Shown here piece after piece: positions 61,515-64,000 of a DNA stretch of 64,000 nucleotides. Each line of letters opens with the position of its first letter. Position 1 is the first letter of the stretch. This stretch comes from an uncultured Verrucomicrobiae bacterium (GTDB lineage: Bacteria > Verrucomicrobiota > Verrucomicrobiia > Chthoniobacterales > JAFAMB01), in the NCBI GenBank assembly GCA_963837955.1, contig CAWIPH010000002.1, positions 1,728,001 to 1,792,000 of the forward strand, written 5' to 3'. Under the pieces are notes generated by a model that worked only from the letters and a program-made list of their open reading frames with translations, had not been told where the DNA came from and did no database searches. A program made the translations under genes and the position numbers.

Positions 61515-61649
61515 ACCTGAAAGGGCGCCAGAATAGATACCTCCATTGGATTTCGGGCTGCGGCATCGGATCCTACTGCTCTTTCAGGGCATACCGCGTT
61601 AATACGAAACCCGGGGTTAAAACCCGGTTAAAACCCCGGGCTGAGTCCT
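61515..61649. repeat. REP-like repeat (family A), interrupted; continues at 62155-62177
   Basis: CCTGAAAGGGC...GCTCTTTCAGGG, CCCGGGGTTAAAA..CCCCGGGCTGAGTCCT | TCCTCTTCCCCCTTCGGGGGAC. Confidence 0.8.
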
Positions 61650-62154
61650 TGTGTGTTTCGAGTCTGGGTAACACATTTGTGTCACTATTGAGGTGACACT
61701 TTGTGTCATAATTTGGGTGACACTTGTGAGCAGAGAGAGCGCACTTTGGTGGGCAGGCGGAAATTCCCAAGAACAACGCTTAGACTGCTTTGTGCGGTGC
61801 TCAGGATGGAGCGTGCAACGTTTTGCGGTTCATTGGAGGGAGCGAGGAACGAGCGAACGAAGATCGAACGCAAAATGTGGTTAACTCCTGGCGCGAAGCG
61901 GCTCCAGATCAAGCTCGAAACGGAATAAATGGAGGGGACCTGCCGCAGGCAGGGAGGAGGCCGTTTATGCCGGATTTGAGCTTGATCTGGAGTGGCGCCG
62001 CGCCCGCCAGTGATAGCGTACCAAGAGCCTCCAAGCCCAGAAGCAGAACTCCAGGCTCTGTTACCTTTTCTCTGACACACCCCGAGGCTTTTTTACCTTC
62101 CAAGTGTCACCCAATTAGTGACACAAAAGTGTCACCCAAATATGAAACCGGACC
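61650..62154. mobile_element. Non-autonomous IS481-like element (MITE), 505 bp
   Basis: Starts TGT; imperfect terminal IRs with reiterated GTGTCAC..GGTGACAC sites at both ends; TCCT repeated on both flanks; no transposase ORF. Family assignment is inferred. Confidence 0.75.
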
Positions 62155-62220
62155 TCCTCTTCCCCCTTCGGGGGACTGGTCAAGGGCTTCCTTATGTTGC
62201 CGGCGCCCCGATCTACCCCA

Positions 62221-62236
62221 TGGCACGCGCAATGCT
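62221..62236 (+). promoter_or_regulatory. Sigma-54 (-24/-12) promoter
   Basis: TGGCACGCGCAATGCT; GG and GC correctly spaced, ending 25 bp before the ATG at 62262. Confidence 0.75.
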
Positions 62237-62261
62237 CTCCTCACAAGGTCACTTATCAGCA

Positions 62262-62828
62262 ATGATTTTTGATTCCTACCATCGCTTCGCGCCGCAAGAT
62301 TTTATCTTCAAGATCGCCCGTTCTCGCGCGGAGCTCGACGGTTACTGGGCGCTGCGCCGCCAGATTTTTTGCACGGAGCAGGGGATCTTTCATCAAACGG
62401 ATACGGATGCGATCGATGAAGGTGCAATTCCGATCGTCTGTGAATCACTGATTGCAGGCATAGAGGATTCGGTGGTGGGAGTGGTGCGCATTGATGAGCG
62501 TGAACCGGGGGTTTGGTACGGCAGCAGGTTGGGTGTGGCCGTCGATTTTCGTAGCATCAAGAAATTGAGCCCCGGTGTATCGGTACGAAACCGTCAACCA
62601 ATCTACCGCGGTCTCGGTGCGCTTGGTGCGGGACTCATTTATAAGGCCGTCTCTACGGCTCATGCGCTGGGATGCCGCGAGTTTCTCGCGACCGTCCAGT
62701 GCCAGAACGCTCGTTTCTTTCAGCGTCTCCATTGGGAGCCGCTCGGGGAGCTCGAACTGTTCGGTCTCACCCACGTTAAGATGCGCGCGGACCTGAATTA
62801 TTATCGGCCCGCGACTTTTGTTTTCTAG
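62262..62828 (+). CDS. MSMEG_0567/Sll0786-family N-acetyltransferase (Nit1C cluster NitE-like)
   Basis: YWALRRQIFC.EQGIF..TD.D..D, VVG.VRI.E..PG.WYGSRL.V, LI..AV.TA...GC..FLA.VQ.QN..FF.RLHW, M.ADL..Y. Confidence 0.85.
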   Translation: MIFDSYHRFAPQDFIFKIARSRAELDGYWALRRQIFCTEQGIFHQTDTDAIDEGAIPIVCESLIAGIEDSVVGVVRIDEREPGVWYGSRLGVAVDFRSIKKLSPGVSVRNRQPIYRGLGALGAGLIYKAVSTAHALGCREFLATVQCQNARFFQRLHWEPLGELELFGLTHVKMRADLNYYRPATFVF

Positions 62829-62833
62829 CGAGC

Positions 62834-63775
62834 ATGGACGACGAGCATGCGACGCTAACGCGTCTGCTTTCGGTTCTCGAGACAAACCCAGCGGTAGCGG
62901 CCAAAGCAACAATCCAAGGAAGCTATGCGCCGGCACGGGCCCTAGCCGGTGATGTTCGGATCGGAGACGATTGCGCCGCGATCCCCGATGGCGAAAGCTT
63001 TCTTCTTTTCGCCGCGGAAGGCATGTTAGAATCGTTCGTATCGGATGATCCTTGGTTTGCCGGTTACTCGGCAGTGATGGTGAATCTAAGTGACATCGCG
63101 GCGATGGGTGGGCGCTACCTCGCGGTGGTTGACGTGATATGGACTCCGGACCTCGACTACTCCTCGGCGATTTGGGCCGGTATGACCGCAGCCTCTCAGG
63201 CCTACGCAGTGCCGATCGTCGGAGGACATACTACGGTCACAGGAATCGGTGGTGCCTTTTTGGCGGCAGCGGTGCTTGGGAGAGCGCAAAAGCTCATCAC
63301 CAGTTTCGACGCCGTTCCTAATGATGACCTGCTTATGGCCGTAGACCTGCGGGGAAGCTATCGCGGAAGCAAACCGTTCTGGAATGCGAGTCTTGGCGCT
63401 CCAGTGCAACGACTTCGGGACGATTTACAACTGCTACCATCGCTGGCTGAGCGGGGTTGGTGCCGGGCAGGCAAGGATATCAGCAACGGTGGCGTCGTGG
63501 GCACTTTGGGCATGTTGCTCGAATGCTCACGGGTTGGCGCCGAGCTTTGGCTTGACCAACTTCCGCGTCCCAACGGAGCAGATCTTGGTCGCTGGCTCGT
63601 TTCGTTTCCGAGCTTTGGTTACATACTCAGCGTCTCACCGGGCCATACGGCGCGGGTAATTGCGCTGTTCAATGAGCGCGGGATTGATTGCGCGCCGGTT
63701 GGACGTATCACCGAGACGCCATCCTTGGTCCTTTCCTACGGTTCAGCCCGCCAGAGTTTTCGGCCAAAGATCTAG
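62834..63775 (+). CDS. Sll0787-family AIR-synthase-like protein (Nit1C cluster NitF-like)
   Basis: GDDCAAIPDG, DPWFAGY..VMVN.SDIAAMGG, VGGHT, KDISNGG, WL.SFPSFGY.L. Confidence 0.88.
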   Translation: MDDEHATLTRLLSVLETNPAVAAKATIQGSYAPARALAGDVRIGDDCAAIPDGESFLLFAAEGMLESFVSDDPWFAGYSAVMVNLSDIAAMGGRYLAVVDVIWTPDLDYSSAIWAGMTAASQAYAVPIVGGHTTVTGIGGAFLAAAVLGRAQKLITSFDAVPNDDLLMAVDLRGSYRGSKPFWNASLGAPVQRLRDDLQLLPSLAERGWCRAGKDISNGGVVGTLGMLLECSRVGAELWLDQLPRPNGADLGRWLVSFPSFGYILSVSPGHTARVIALFNERGIDCAPVGRITETPSLVLSYGSARQSFRPKI

Positions 63776-64000
63776 CCTTTGGCGGCAGGGTGATGCCGTC
63801 GTGCCAAACCCCTTTAATCAGCACTTCCTTCGGGCAAAAGCTCGTGCCGGTGAGGTTGGCGTTGAGTTTCTCTACCACCAAATCGAGTGCCGCTGCACCA
63901 ACCGCGGATAGATTCCCATCGATGCCTGCTGCCGCGCCCATTTCGTCGGATGTACGGTAAAGGTACGCGACCCCGACATCGCCCGGAACAGCGAGTCCGC
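63708..64000 (-). CDS. C-terminal part of a LacI-family regulator (Verrucomicrobia type); 5' end outside the window
   Basis: Frame open to the window edge: GLAVPGDVGVA...AGID......GAAALDLVV......PKEVLIKGVWHDG.TL. Confidence 0.65.
   Translation of the reverse strand, partial: GLAVPGDVGVAYLYRTSDEMGAAAGIDGNLSAVGAAALDLVVEKLNANLTGTSFCPKEVLIKGVWHDGITLPPKARSLAENSGGLNRRKGPRMASR

Noticed and set aside
61665..61730. Reiterated GTGTCAC/GGTGACAC motifs as a mini-CRISPR or iteron array
   Set aside because: No unique 30-40 bp spacers, no cas or rep gene; they mirror the right end of the insertion and fit transposase-binding sites.
61790..62272. 160-aa ORF in the element, and the 62118 extension of the acetyltransferase, as a transposase
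   Set aside because: No DDE, HTH or HUH motifs; the ORFs cross the element boundary and the sigma-54 site.

Overview
Gene-dense bacterial chromosomal window of roughly 55% GC (estimated by eye). The gene families (two DUF5069 proteins, a Verrucomicrobia-type LacI tail, SPTP-rich linkers) suggest a soil Verrucomicrobiota/Chthoniobacterales-like organism; this is inference. No rRNA, tRNA, CRISPR array or transposase was seen. Main content: (i) a sulfate-activation locus with two AlkP-superfamily (COG3379-like) paralogs, a GT2 and cysD-cysNC, one paralog missing from the ORF track; (ii) NHEJ genes ligD and ku; (iii) a GNAT/desaturase/SMR-pair/ureohydrolase envelope-lipid cluster; (iv) a DUF3142 + large helical secreted protein pair; (v) housekeeping and accessory genes (ilvA, acnA, peroxiredoxin, M32 peptidase, SPFH pair, pdxA, ABC-2 exporter, polyol-binding protein, amtB, rhaEW-like); (vi) a Fur-box-preceded operon of beta-barrel + FMN-binding protein + ApbE + 4-His membrane protein, which looks like a flavinylation-based iron reduction/uptake module; (vii) two inverted lpxD paralogs enclosing an orphan Cys-rich bufferin-like precursor and a desaturase; (viii) a sigma-54-preceded two-gene fragment of the Nit1C cluster, just downstream of a 505-bp non-coding IS481-like element inserted into a REP repeat. 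Several families of palindromic REP/REPIN/MITE-like repeats and heptamer repeats fill the intergenic spaces. All family assignments come from motif recognition by eye; no database searches were run.
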